In this document: positions 18,220-28,565 of the stretch, in pieces
Numbering within the stretch: the stretch's first letter is position 1
Layout: every line of letters starts with the position of its first letter
Position numbers and translations under genes: made by a program
Origin: Lachnospiraceae bacterium
GTDB taxonomy: Bacteria; Bacillota; Clostridia; Lachnospirales; Lachnospiraceae
Direction of reading: 5' to 3'
Assembly: GCA_017617005.1 (NCBI GenBank)
Contig: JAFZWW010000111.1
Span: 3,392-67,391 of the forward strand
Length of the DNA stretch: 64,000 nucleotides
Notes under the pieces: generated by a model
What the model saw: only the letters and a program-made list of their open reading frames with translations
What the model was told of the DNA's origin: nothing
Database searches by the model: none

Positions 18220-20204
18220 TTAAATATTGTAAGACGCTCTAAGTTCGGGACATAGAACGGACTTTCCGTATCTATCTTATATACTTCATAAAATTTGGGA
18301 AATTGTCCGAGTATATAATTGATCCTGAACTTAGCGGGAAGATGATTGTCACCGTTCAACATGGCAACACCTTCATCTGTATAATATGTAGCTTTTCTTG
18401 ATGCATAAGAAGTAAAGAACAGGTCATAATCGACATTATCCTGCTCATCAAGGATCCTAAGGCAGATCTCCATTGCCATGAGATCGGCATAAGTCTCATC
18501 AACATAGTAGGCTCCGTTCAGAGGATCAAAATATTCTGTTTCCTTGCCGTCGAAGAACTGGATGATCCTTCGGATGCGGTCATCATATTCTTCATATTCT
18601 TCATCGGTCATCCAGTAATAAAAATATCCATCGCCGTCATAATCAATACAGCTAGGCCCGAATGAATGTGAAATCTCATGTGCTACAGTCATTCCGAGCT
18701 CTGCAATCTTCTCTTCATATGACATATCGGATTCCATAAGTTCGGTGATGAGTCCGGTGGTCAGTGTTATGTTGTTGATATCTACGTTATAATATGCGTT
18801 TACATCAAAATTGTACTTTAAATATGTTCCTCTTTCTTCCTCGTTAAAAAATGCCTGGGAATAACGGAATGCTCTTCTGCTCTGCATTATGCTCAAATAA
18901 TTTTTGAACAGGTCATCTGTTATCTCGACATCGGAAAGATCATATATGTGATCGCTTACTCCGTAAGAAGGCTTCATAAGAACTATCTTTCTGATGGCAA
19001 TTTCCATGCTTTTATCAGAAAGCCATTCAAAATCCCTGACTACGGCCTGTGCCTGTGTCTTAACAGAAAAAACAAACTGTTTGATCTCCTTCATTTTTTC
19101 TTCGTCGAAAAATCTGTTCTGATATTCGATTGCAAGATTATCAGATGAAATATCGACTACATAAAAGAATCCATTATCATATTTTTCATCGTCGTACCAT
19201 TCCCAGTCACTGTTAAGATATGATATACGAAAAATTATATTTAATATAAGTGTATCTTTGAGAGCTTCGAGATTTTCATCTACAAATACTTCGTTAAGAA
19301 AATCGACGAGATTATCGGTAGCAACAATGGGCATATTTATTTCGGTATCTGTTAATACTTCGAAAGTTTCGAATAAGGGAACCTTTATGTCATTCTGATC
19401 GAGGGTTTCCTTGAAGTAATACTGATAATTATGTCCGTTTACATAGCTGCCGGCAAAATCCTTGGCATACTGATTAATGCGGATCGAATTGCTGAGCATC
19501 TCAATAAATCTTTCCTGAGAGATGCCAAGTTTTTCCATATTCTGATATACGATCCATAAATCATTATCGGAAGGATTTGATATGAAAGTGTTGTACAGAT
19601 TGAAAAAATAGTCATCATACTGAGGATCGAAATAGATAAGATTATTTTCTTCACCGCCGCCGGAGATCGTAAAATACAGAAAACAGGTGACTGCAGCATA
19701 TTCCTTCTTTTTATACAGTTCATAGAGTTCATCAAGGCTCGAAACTTCTTCAATGGGCGCAATAAATTCAAGTAATGATTCGTTTAATGAATCATTTACA
19801 CCTTCCGAATAAAACTGATCGTATATGTATTTGGTTTTGTACAAGGGATCATCCGCAGGCAGATCATAAAGGGAAGCATCATTTAATATGTCATATAACC
19901 TGGACTTTTCCAGTTCAATGACATCATCATATTTACTTGCAATAACCTTATCTGTATCTTCCTGTTCTTTCAGCCAATCACCGTTTACATATTCATCAAA
20001 ATCCCAGATGGGAAGCCCGTTATCTGTTATAGGATATTTCTTGACTTCATCAACTCCGACAATGCTCTCTTCATTTGATAAAACGGTTTCGTTGTCGACA
20101 ACAGAAATATCGGAGGTGCTGTTTGAACCGCACCCCCAAAGAGGTAATACAAGTGTTAATGCCAATAAAAGGGCTGTGAATTTCTTGGTAAAACCTGTCT
20201 TCAT
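18216..20204 (-). CDS. M13 (neprilysin/PepO-like) zinc metallopeptidase, lipoprotein
   Basis: Lipobox LWGC; DFDEYVNGDW, VNAYY, AHEISH, DETYAD, HLP..FRIN. Confidence 0.85.
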   Translation of the reverse strand: MKTGFTKKFTALLLALTLVLPLWGCGSNSTSDISVVDNETVLSNEESIVGVDEVKKYPITDNGLPIWDFDEYVNGDWLKEQEDTDKVIASKYDDVIELEKSRLYDILNDASLYDLPADDPLYKTKYIYDQFYSEGVNDSLNESLLEFIAPIEEVSSLDELYELYKKKEYAAVTCFLYFTISGGGEENNLIYFDPQYDDYFFNLYNTFISNPSDNDLWIVYQNMEKLGISQERFIEMLSNSIRINQYAKDFAGSYVNGHNYQYYFKETLDQNDIKVPLFETFEVLTDTEINMPIVATDNLVDFLNEVFVDENLEALKDTLILNIIFRISYLNSDWEWYDDEKYDNGFFYVVDISSDNLAIEYQNRFFDEEKMKEIKQFVFSVKTQAQAVVRDFEWLSDKSMEIAIRKIVLMKPSYGVSDHIYDLSDVEITDDLFKNYLSIMQSRRAFRYSQAFFNEEERGTYLKYNFDVNAYYNVDINNITLTTGLITELMESDMSYEEKIAELGMTVAHEISHSFGPSCIDYDGDGYFYYWMTDEEYEEYDDRIRRIIQFFDGKETEYFDPLNGAYYVDETYADLMAMEICLRILDEQDNVDYDLFFTSYASRKATYYTDEGVAMLNGDNHLPAKFRINYILGQFPKFYEVYKIDTESPFYVPNLERLTIFK

Positions 20205-20210
20205 CAGTAA

Positions 20211-21566
20211 TTATCTTCCTCTTCTGTCCTGTCCGCTTGAGATATAGAAATTTCGCTTTGCATCATACATACGCTCATCCGCAAGCTTAGCCAGTTCGTA
20301 TATGGATTTATTGGGCGTCTCTCTGAAAGAAGCATATCCGAGCGACATTGCAAGCTGCTGAACATACTTGCCTTTCCACTTGATCATGGATCGGGTAAGG
20401 GTATTTTTCCTTTCTTCGAGTTTTTCCTCATCGCATTGTATCATAACCGCAAACTCGTCGCCACCGATACGGTAAACATTTCCGTATTCTTTGTAGCAAT
20501 TTTTGAGAAGTGTTGCGGCTCCGCAGATCATTTCATCTCCTGCCTGATGTCCGAGTGTATCGTTTACCTTCTTCAATCCGTTTATATCGACCGCAATATA
20601 GACAAAATCCTTGCTGATACCGAAATTGGAAAGCTCACTCAGCTTATCTTCATAAGCACGTCTGTTAAAGCAGTCTGTAAGTCTGTCCGTATTGGAAAGC
20701 ATTACAACCATAAGGTATGATTCCCTCAGCCTGAACATGATATTGGCAAATAAACTCACAAAAACGGACAGAATAAGGAGTATTACCGATGTGATCACAA
20801 TTCTGTGAACAGGATACCATCCGTTCTTGGGACTTAAAGAGAGTTCCCAGACAAGATTTTCGATATTAAAACGGACGCTGATCTCATTCTCCGGTTTAAC
20901 GGAGGATTCCTGAATAATATGTCTTGTATTATGGGAATCGATATATGTAAGTCTGTAATTCATTCCGAGATCATCGAGGGAATCAAGTTTCAGGCTTTCT
21001 GTAAGAGAATCATATGGAATATTGAATCCGACAAGTCCCCAAAGATTGCTTTTTCCGCCCTCCTTGTAAAATACAGGTAACGTTCCGGATACGCCGAATC
21101 CTCCCTGCTTGATATCATATGAATTGGTAAGTATTGGATTTCCGAGATTATAGATATCGGTATCGGTGACGTTTCCGGTTTTGGTTACATCCATATAATC
21201 ATATCCGATGAGTTTTTCATTGGTAAGAAGCGGGTATACATCGGAAACAACTCCGTCCGGAGCGATTGAAATATACTTTAATGAGATACCGGTTTCATTT
21301 TTTACATTATCATACAGATCGTCGGAAAGACTTTCGAAGAATTCACTTTCTCCGTTGTGATCCTGTATCAGGATCTTGATCGCATCGATCCTTATGATAA
21401 CGGATTCGATCGTTGTGGAAATGTTATATGCCTTGTCTTCGGCAATATACATGTAATTCTTCTCGATATTATAAATCTCTCTTTGCACGTAAACATAATA
21501 GGCGACCGAAATGATCACCATGTTTATAATGCCTATTAAGATCACATATATAAATCGCTTCTTCAT
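20211..21566 (-). CDS. Membrane sensor diguanylate cyclase (extracellular CHASE-like domain + GGDEF)
   Basis: Two TMs flanking 'IAPDGVVSDVYPL..NEKLIG'; DRLTDCFNRR, DINGLKKVND, RIGGDEF, ADERMY. Confidence 0.88.
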   Translation of the reverse strand: MKKRFIYVILIGIINMVIISVAYYVYVQREIYNIEKNYMYIAEDKAYNISTTIESVIIRIDAIKILIQDHNGESEFFESLSDDLYDNVKNETGISLKYISIAPDGVVSDVYPLLTNEKLIGYDYMDVTKTGNVTDTDIYNLGNPILTNSYDIKQGGFGVSGTLPVFYKEGGKSNLWGLVGFNIPYDSLTESLKLDSLDDLGMNYRLTYIDSHNTRHIIQESSVKPENEISVRFNIENLVWELSLSPKNGWYPVHRIVITSVILLILSVFVSLFANIMFRLRESYLMVVMLSNTDRLTDCFNRRAYEDKLSELSNFGISKDFVYIAVDINGLKKVNDTLGHQAGDEMICGAATLLKNCYKEYGNVYRIGGDEFAVMIQCDEEKLEERKNTLTRSMIKWKGKYVQQLAMSLGYASFRETPNKSIYELAKLADERMYDAKRNFYISSGQDRRGR

Positions 21567-21569
21567 AAA

Positions 21570-22610
21570 TTACCTTAGCTGCTCATAAAGCGGAGGAAGA
21601 TCTTTTTTTCTTGTCATTTCGACAAGTCCGAGAGCAGTTATATCAAGTACACTGACTTTAACGATATCCCCGGATGTTTCTTTTCTGAGAAGTTCCAACA
21701 GGTTCTCTCTGTCTTCTTCGGTTATCAGATTGATAAAGTCCGTAACAATGATCCCGGATATGTTGCGAAGTCTCAGCTGTCTGCAGATCTCCGAAGCTGC
21801 CTCAAGATTAACGGACAGATAAGCGGATTCCTTATCGGTTCCTTTGGGCGGAGTAAATTTTCCGCTGTTTACATCAATAACGGTCATCGCTTCGGTATGT
21901 TCAATACACAGATAACCTCCGCATTTAAGCCATACCTTTTTTGAGGTTGCTTCTTCAAGTATGGTTTTAAGGCTGTATAGCTTTGAAAGACCGAAATCCC
22001 TGTCTTCGTAAAATCTTATATTGTCAAAAGAAGAACTCAGATCTTCATAAACCTGAGGAACATCGGTGACAATTTCACGGATCTCTTTTTTACGGAAAAC
22101 CTTATATATTCTGTCCTTTAAAAATGAATCATTTCGGTACAGGTATGAATAAGCGGTAAGATGCTTTGCCCGTTCACGAATCGATTCACCGTCAGGGTAT
22201 TTTGCGTAATCTATCTTGGCGGTAAAGGTTGCTCTTTTTCCTTTCTGTGCATGCGAATACAGACTTACAGGTATCAGATCACCCTGTTTTATCGTTATAC
22301 CTTTGGGAATTTTGTTAAGAGGAAGGTATCCGTCCTTGCCCTTGGCATAATCGATAAATGCAGCTCCGATATCGTTCTTAACATCCCTGACATATGCGAT
22401 CACAATATCACCGGAGTTTACAGAGTCCGGATCAAAAAGATCATCCCCTCCCAGCACGGTTATTCCGGTAGTTTTACTGCCAGAGATCAGGAAGGCAATC
22501 AGCTTATCTTCCATATATGTGATAATAAGCTTCGATTCATCGGAACTTATGAGATCATGAAGTTTTTTTGCGTTTTCTTTTTCGGAAGACTGAACCGTAA
22601 TCCTGCTCAT
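21570..22610 (-). CDS. rng: Ribonuclease E/G family protein
   Basis: S1-like AAFIDY; VWLKCGGYL, TEAMTVIDVNSG, QLRLRNISGIIVTDFI, LGLVEMTRK. Confidence 0.88.
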   Translation of the reverse strand: MSRITVQSSEKENAKKLHDLISSDESKLIITYMEDKLIAFLISGSKTTGITVLGGDDLFDPDSVNSGDIVIAYVRDVKNDIGAAFIDYAKGKDGYLPLNKIPKGITIKQGDLIPVSLYSHAQKGKRATFTAKIDYAKYPDGESIRERAKHLTAYSYLYRNDSFLKDRIYKVFRKKEIREIVTDVPQVYEDLSSSFDNIRFYEDRDFGLSKLYSLKTILEEATSKKVWLKCGGYLCIEHTEAMTVIDVNSGKFTPPKGTDKESAYLSVNLEAASEICRQLRLRNISGIIVTDFINLITEEDRENLLELLRKETSGDIVKVSVLDITALGLVEMTRKKDLPPLYEQLR

Positions 22611-23317
22611 ATACCAACATCTTCAAGTGAGATCAGCTCACCGTTTTCTCCCTGTGTAAACATATCAAGTCTGATGATCTTAAGTGCATTATCCGGAAGC
22701 TTTATATCAGCAAGATTCATCAAGTATTCCATAACAAATACAGGCTTTATGGAATCGGAACTTGATGAATTTATAGTCATTCTGACCACGGGTTCCTCGG
22801 TATCTTCCATTCTTAGATCATATATGAATTCTTTCAGGTCGATATCCCTTGAGGTTTTCTTGGTTTCTTTATGATAGATGCATTTTTCGGATGAGAGCAT
22901 CATATCTATCAGTCCGGATAGCTTGTCTTTGTCAGGACAATCTGCTTTCTTATCTTCAAAAAATGTGATCTCATATTCGGAAGCATATACCGATGCCATG
23001 GCGTTTCCCGCATCTTCGGGAAGTATCTTTACGGATCTGATCCTGATACCGGGAACGCTTGCTTCATTGAGGGCATTTAATATGGCTCCGGTATCCGGAT
23101 GTTCGTCGTCGATACCTATATCCATATATTCCCCTTCACTTTCCATTCCTACACCGAGCGGAGACGCAAAGGTCATTACCTGGTGCGGTGAATATCCTCC
23201 GGTATATGAAACATTAACATGTGCTCTTCTGATACATTTCTGAAAATATCTCATTACATCAAGATGTCCGATGTATCTTACCGCACCATGCTTTGTAAAT
23301 CTTATCCTGATCTTCAT
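22607..23317 (-). CDS. Radical SAM-linked protein (TIGR03936/DUF2344-like)
   Basis: RIRFTKHG..RYIGHLD.MR, YTGGYSPH, PLGVGMESEGEY. Confidence 0.88.
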   Translation of the reverse strand: MKIRIRFTKHGAVRYIGHLDVMRYFQKCIRRAHVNVSYTGGYSPHQVMTFASPLGVGMESEGEYMDIGIDDEHPDTGAILNALNEASVPGIRIRSVKILPEDAGNAMASVYASEYEITFFEDKKADCPDKDKLSGLIDMMLSSEKCIYHKETKKTSRDIDLKEFIYDLRMEDTEEPVVRMTINSSSSDSIKPVFVMEYLMNLADIKLPDNALKIIRLDMFTQGENGELISLEDVGI

Positions 23318-24537
23318 TTCATCAATACTTCCAATTCTGTCTGTGCAAGAAGAAGTCCGTCATCAACCGAGAGCTCTTTCTTTATGATCTTATCCATCTT
23401 ATCACCGAGTACGGTGTAGAAATTAGGCCACTTTTTCATTACCGGTCTGTATATTCCGTTATCCAGGGCATCGCAGATGATATTCAGATGATGGTTTGTC
23501 AGATTCAGTTCCGGGTCCTGAAGGATCGAATATCTGCACGGTATTCCGCCGAAACTAACGCTCTCTCTCTGAACTTCGGGATCCATAAGGTATTCGAGCA
23601 GTCTGACCGCAGTTTCCTTATCGGTACAGTTATCGGGTATTCCCAATGTCCATATTCCAAAAATATTGGAATTATATTCCGGAGAATCATCCGATACTTT
23701 ACCGGGGAAAGGAACAAGATCGATACAGGTATTAATCTCGGGATCGCACCAGCCGGGCCAGCCTACCGCTACAGAGATCTCTCCTTTTTCGATACCGTCT
23801 ATGATCTCTTCTTTGGGAGCAACGCATCCGTTCTCGATAAGGAACATATAGATCTCCATTGCTTTTTTGAATTCTTCCGATTCAACGCAGGGTGCGTTGT
23901 TACCATCGACAACCCAGCCTCCGAAAGATCTCAGTATGGGAAGAAAATCTACTACGATATCATTTTCCGAATCACCCCTGCAGGCAAAACCTCCGTGACC
24001 GTTTTCAGATGCAAGAAGCGAATATTTGATTACATCTTCAAGCGAATCGAAATCATCTTCACCGTAACCGAGTTCGGCAGCTACATTTTTATTGAAAAGC
24101 ATTACCGATACATTTCCGTAAAAAGGCACCAGATAGATCTCACCGCCCGCTTTGCATATCGAAGTGGTTGCCGGAATGATATCATCGTCAAAAGAATAAC
24201 CGAGTTCGCTCAGATCCGTCAGAAGACCTTCGGAAAGAAATTCGGCAACCCAGCTTCCGTCGATCATGCACAGATCATAAAAACCGTTCTTGTTTACGGA
24301 ATCATTGAGCAGATTGTTATGAAGATCTTCTTCCGAAAACTCAACTACCCGACAAGTGATGCCTGTCTTTTCTTCGAAACCGGGAAGACATTTTTTTATA
24401 ACTTCAGCATAAACACCGGAACGGACTGCGATGGTAAGATTGTTCTTTGTGCTGTTTGAGAAGTTACCGCATCCGGTCATGGAGATCAGCATAATGATAC
24501 TTATGAGGATGCAGAATTGTTTTTTAAATGTTTTCAT
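23314..24537 (-). CDS. Extracellular solute-binding lipoprotein (sugar ABC-type SBP family)
   Basis: Start MKTFKKQ at 24537, lipobox MTGC; YDLCMIDGSW, LVPFYGNVSVMLFNK, GIWTLGIP. Confidence 0.85.
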   Translation of the reverse strand: MKTFKKQFCILISIIMLISMTGCGNFSNSTKNNLTIAVRSGVYAEVIKKCLPGFEEKTGITCRVVEFSEEDLHNNLLNDSVNKNGFYDLCMIDGSWVAEFLSEGLLTDLSELGYSFDDDIIPATTSICKAGGEIYLVPFYGNVSVMLFNKNVAAELGYGEDDFDSLEDVIKYSLLASENGHGGFACRGDSENDIVVDFLPILRSFGGWVVDGNNAPCVESEEFKKAMEIYMFLIENGCVAPKEEIIDGIEKGEISVAVGWPGWCDPEINTCIDLVPFPGKVSDDSPEYNSNIFGIWTLGIPDNCTDKETAVRLLEYLMDPEVQRESVSFGGIPCRYSILQDPELNLTNHHLNIICDALDNGIYRPVMKKWPNFYTVLGDKMDKIIKKELSVDDGLLLAQTELEVLMK

Positions 24538-26605
24538 CAGAACCGGCTTTTTGCAAACTTTCAAAATCCATACCGTTAAGTGAAAGAACCATGGATAGTG
24601 TGGATATAGGTTTTCTAATGTAACGAAGATTAGGCCTTGAAGGAATGGTTTCGGATTCTTCTCCGATAAGCATGATACCGATGACCATGGGATGTTCATC
24701 GAGGAATCTCAGAGTATCATCACTTAAATATTCGCTGATAAAGAACAGATAATCGGTCTTACCCGTCGCTTTATATTCCTTAAGGTCGGTAATTACCTTA
24801 CCGTCCATTCCCAATGCCTTCATTTCCTTTTGGAATTCATCATTGAGCATATTCTTTTCATTCAGGCAGAATGCGTATTTTCTGCTTGAATTCTCAACAA
24901 CAAGATCCTTCTTGTGATCTGCGATCTTAGAAGGAATGGAAAATGAAAAATCAAGTTCCTTATCCTTGGTATTGCTCACATTAAATGTTCCGTCCATTGC
25001 CTCGATAAGCTTTTTGGAAATGGAAAATCTGGGTTCGGTGTTATTTTCCGGATCGAATTTCTTCATATCCCTGCCGAAACCGATCAGATGGAACTCAATA
25101 AATATCTCGTCTTCGGAGATCGGTCTGCAAGAAAGAATTATACGAACAACACCGGGGCCGGTTATCTTGATCATGGTCTCGGAAAGATTGATGACAACCT
25201 GCCTTATCCTGACATTGTCACCGATCAGTTCATGAGGAAGTTCCGGATCAATGACAAATATATAGTCCGTCTCGGAATCTCCTATCCCGCCCTGGATCGT
25301 GTTGAGTACATCATGGATCTCGGATAGAGGATTATAAACTTTGTTGATGATCTCAAGACTGTCATTATCAAGCATGAAGTGATCATTCATTTCATTGACA
25401 ATGCTTTTAAGATTAATTCCGGACTTTCTGATCTGATCGAAGTTTTCGGCAAGATCAGCTGACAAACCGTTTTTCTCCGAAGCCGCATCACTCAGATTAA
25501 GGATCCTGTTGATCGGAGCAAGGAGCTTATTAGACATGAAAGTAAGATAATCAAGTTTGATCAGGGAATTTCTTTCAAGATCGGAGTTCATCTCCTTCAT
25601 CAGCTTCATCTGATCAATCTCTGCGGACATATCATGGAAGAAATAGACCGTGCCTATAATATCATCATCGGGTCCCACGGTTTTTCTGTCTATCTTGAAA
25701 TAATAATCTTTACCGTCGTTTGAATAAGGCAGAACTTCAAAATCTCCGATCTTTTCTGTATGGGAGATCAATCGATCCATCATATCAATATTCTTTATTC
25801 CGTTGATGATCTCTTCGCTGACTATGTTCTTGAACCTGTCATTGATGTGAATAACATCATTGTACATATTGTAGATAATGACACCGTCGCTCAGTTCATT
25901 TGCAAAATCATACAGGACGGTATCACGGAGCTTCAGATTGGAATAAATAAAGATGTAATAATATGTCAGATAACATATAAAGTTCATTACAAGAGTATGG
26001 ATCCATACAGGAATGTTATAGACATAGGTATAGACAATAAGAACAAACATAACAGCCTGAAGTATCATCAGATTGATATATTTAATCTTGAACACTTCCG
26101 GAACATTGTAAACAAATACGAGCATCATTGAAAAAACGATGATGCAATTGATAAGGCATAGAGCATGGTAGGCGATAAAAACATCCGGTACGAACTCAAG
26201 CATAGGCATCTTTACGACCCACCAGATCTTGCCAAATATTATTGCCTGTGAGAAATTGATAAGACCATTCTTGAAAAAACAGGTAGCCATAATGATCGAC
26301 TGGATACTGCAGATGACTGCCATGCCGAGATTGCAGTCAAGATGCATTTTTTGAGTATGCGATCTTATGACGGTGAGAAGTGACCCGAAAAACAGCCAGG
26401 GATAAAAAATATAATACAAAAGAAGATAATTTCTTGCCTCTTTGATAGTATCGGCAGAAATAATGAGCATACTTAAAATATCTGTAACTATGAGTACAGA
26501 TGACGTGATGACAAAACCAATATTCTTGTGTTTAACCCGAAGACTGAAGATTATCGAGATAAACACAATGATTATCAGAAGTGAAAAAATAATATATGTA
26601 GCCAT
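24524..26605 (-). CDS. 7TM sensor histidine-kinase-like protein with degenerate HisKA/HATPase and receiver-like C-terminus
   Basis: ~7 TMs; PAS-like 'SDGVII..IHIND'; H-box reads 'FMSNKLLAPIN' (no His); 'GDNVRIRQVVINL' N-box; G-boxes lost; C-terminal 'YIRKPIS' receiver-like end. Confidence 0.75.
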   Translation of the reverse strand: MATYIIFSLLIIIVFISIIFSLRVKHKNIGFVITSSVLIVTDILSMLIISADTIKEARNYLLLYYIFYPWLFFGSLLTVIRSHTQKMHLDCNLGMAVICSIQSIIMATCFFKNGLINFSQAIIFGKIWWVVKMPMLEFVPDVFIAYHALCLINCIIVFSMMLVFVYNVPEVFKIKYINLMILQAVMFVLIVYTYVYNIPVWIHTLVMNFICYLTYYYIFIYSNLKLRDTVLYDFANELSDGVIIYNMYNDVIHINDRFKNIVSEEIINGIKNIDMMDRLISHTEKIGDFEVLPYSNDGKDYYFKIDRKTVGPDDDIIGTVYFFHDMSAEIDQMKLMKEMNSDLERNSLIKLDYLTFMSNKLLAPINRILNLSDAASEKNGLSADLAENFDQIRKSGINLKSIVNEMNDHFMLDNDSLEIINKVYNPLSEIHDVLNTIQGGIGDSETDYIFVIDPELPHELIGDNVRIRQVVINLSETMIKITGPGVVRIILSCRPISEDEIFIEFHLIGFGRDMKKFDPENNTEPRFSISKKLIEAMDGTFNVSNTKDKELDFSFSIPSKIADHKKDLVVENSSRKYAFCLNEKNMLNDEFQKEMKALGMDGKVITDLKEYKATGKTDYLFFISEYLSDDTLRFLDEHPMVIGIMLIGEESETIPSRPNLRYIRKPISTLSMVLSLNGMDFESLQKAGSDENI

Positions 26606-26680
26606 TGCTCCCCGTGTTTATAAGAATATATATATTATAACATCGGAATTTTCTGAAAAAAAGAAAAAGAATGACCTGTT

Positions 26681-28564
26681 TTAAGTCTTTTTATATGCTC
26701 CGGGGCAGATTCCCGCTCCGAAGGCAGCCGCTCCGCAACCACTGCATCCGGCACGGCAATTGCTCGTTATCTCTCCCCTTGCCGCTTTCTTGTATTCTTT
26801 TAACAAAAATGCCTTGCTGACCCCAATATCTATGAAGTCCCAGGGGAATAGCTCATCATCCTTCCTTTCACGGAAAGCATAGAAATCTAAACCGAGTCCG
26901 CATTCGTCAAGTGCTTCGATCCACCTTTCGTGTTTGTACTGATCGGACCATGCGTCATATATACCGCCTTTTTCATAGACCTTCTTTATTACGGCGGCAA
27001 CTTTTCTGTCTCCTCTCGCTAGGAGTGCCTCAATGACAGAGGTATCGGCATCATGCCAGTTATAATGAATTCTCTTCTGGTTCAGCTGTTCGGAAATGCC
27101 TTTTCTGCAGACATATGCTTTTCTTATGAATTCATCCGTCGTACACTGAGGAGCCCACTGAAATGCGGTAAAGGGTTTAGGTACGAAGAAAGATGTCGAA
27201 ACAGTTATGGAGATGGGGCCGTTAACCCTCTTATCCCTGGGTACCATCTCGAAGAATTCGGCTGCGACCTTATTCGCAAGATCACCTATACCGAGTATGT
27301 CGTCATCATTTTCAAAAGGATGTCCGAGCATGAAATAGAATTTAAATTTGGTCCATCCGCCGGAGATTGCCTGGGCAGAACCGGAAAGTATATCTTCCTC
27401 CGTAAGGCCTTTATTTATTACGTTTCTGAGTCTCTGGGAACCCGCTTCGGGAGCAAACGTCACAGAAGTCTTCTTGATGTCTTCAACCTTGTTCATTACA
27501 TCAAGCGAAAATGCATCAATACGAAGGGAAGGAAGTGTTATATTGACCTTCCTCTTTTCACATTCGACTATAAGATTATCGAGAAGCTCCGGAAGATGTG
27601 TGTAATCAGACGAAGAAAGAGAACTTAATGAAACCTCTTCATATCCGGTCGAATCAAGCATTTGATATACGGTATCAAGGAGCTTTTCAACACTTCTTTC
27701 ACGGACGGGTCTGTAGAGCTCACCCGCCTGGCAGAACCTGCAGCCTCTGATACATCCACGCATTATCTCAAGAACGACCCTGTCCTGTATGCATCTGATG
27801 TAAGGAACGACCGGCTTCTTTGGATAATATGTGTCATCAAGGTCCTTAACAACCTCTTTACGGACCTTAAGAGGAAGGCCATCAACAACCGGTCTGAAAT
27901 CCTTAAGCGTTCCGTCATCGTTATATGAGGGCTCATAAAATCTGGGTACGTAAAGGCCGTTTATCTTTCCGGCTTCGATAAGGAATTCTTCACGGGTCTT
28001 ACCCTCATCCTTCATCTTTTCGTAAAGGTCAAGCAGCTCTCTGTATCTGGTCTCACCTTCGCCGATATAGAAGATATCAAAAAAGTCGGCAATGGGTTCG
28101 GGATTATAGGTGCAGGGACCGCCTCCGATAACAATAGGGTCCTCTTCTGTCCTGTCTTTTGATTCCATAGGGATTCCGGAGAGATCGAGTATCTGGAGAA
28201 TATTGGTATAGCACATCTCGTACTGGATGGTGATACCGAGGAAATCCGCTTCTTTAACGGGTCTTTGTGATTCCAGTGAAAAAAGAGGGATATGCTTTTC
28301 TCTCATGATCTTATCAAGGTCGATCCAGGGAGAATAAACTCTTTCGCACCAGACATCGTCGAAGGAGTTGAACATATCATACAGTATCTGGATGCCGAGA
28401 TGGCTCATTCCGATCTCATAAACATCGGGAAAGCACATTATAAAGCGGACCCTGACGGAATCAGGGTCCTTTATGCATGAATTAACTTCGTTTCCGATAT
28501 ATCGTTCGGGTTTCTCCACAGACATCAGGATGTCATTGGAGAGAAAGAGTCCGTCAGAGCTCAT
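26681..28564 (-). CDS. B12-binding radical SAM protein (TIGR03960-like)
   Basis: VEKPERYIGNE, FPDVYEIGMSHLG, RGCIRGCRFC (CxxxCxxC), PKPFTAFQW, C-terminal Cys cluster. Confidence 0.92.
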   Translation of the reverse strand: MSSDGLFLSNDILMSVEKPERYIGNEVNSCIKDPDSVRVRFIMCFPDVYEIGMSHLGIQILYDMFNSFDDVWCERVYSPWIDLDKIMREKHIPLFSLESQRPVKEADFLGITIQYEMCYTNILQILDLSGIPMESKDRTEEDPIVIGGGPCTYNPEPIADFFDIFYIGEGETRYRELLDLYEKMKDEGKTREEFLIEAGKINGLYVPRFYEPSYNDDGTLKDFRPVVDGLPLKVRKEVVKDLDDTYYPKKPVVPYIRCIQDRVVLEIMRGCIRGCRFCQAGELYRPVRERSVEKLLDTVYQMLDSTGYEEVSLSSLSSSDYTHLPELLDNLIVECEKRKVNITLPSLRIDAFSLDVMNKVEDIKKTSVTFAPEAGSQRLRNVINKGLTEEDILSGSAQAISGGWTKFKFYFMLGHPFENDDDILGIGDLANKVAAEFFEMVPRDKRVNGPISITVSTSFFVPKPFTAFQWAPQCTTDEFIRKAYVCRKGISEQLNQKRIHYNWHDADTSVIEALLARGDRKVAAVIKKVYEKGGIYDAWSDQYKHERWIEALDECGLGLDFYAFRERKDDELFPWDFIDIGVSKAFLLKEYKKAARGEITSNCRAGCSGCGAAAFGAGICPGAYKKT

Positions 28565-28565
28565 A

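Noticed and set aside
23488-24459. 323-aa plus-strand ORF, and other long shadow ORFs such as 6465-7232 and 22161-22874
   Set aside because: They lie antisense to well-supported genes and have no recognisable motifs.
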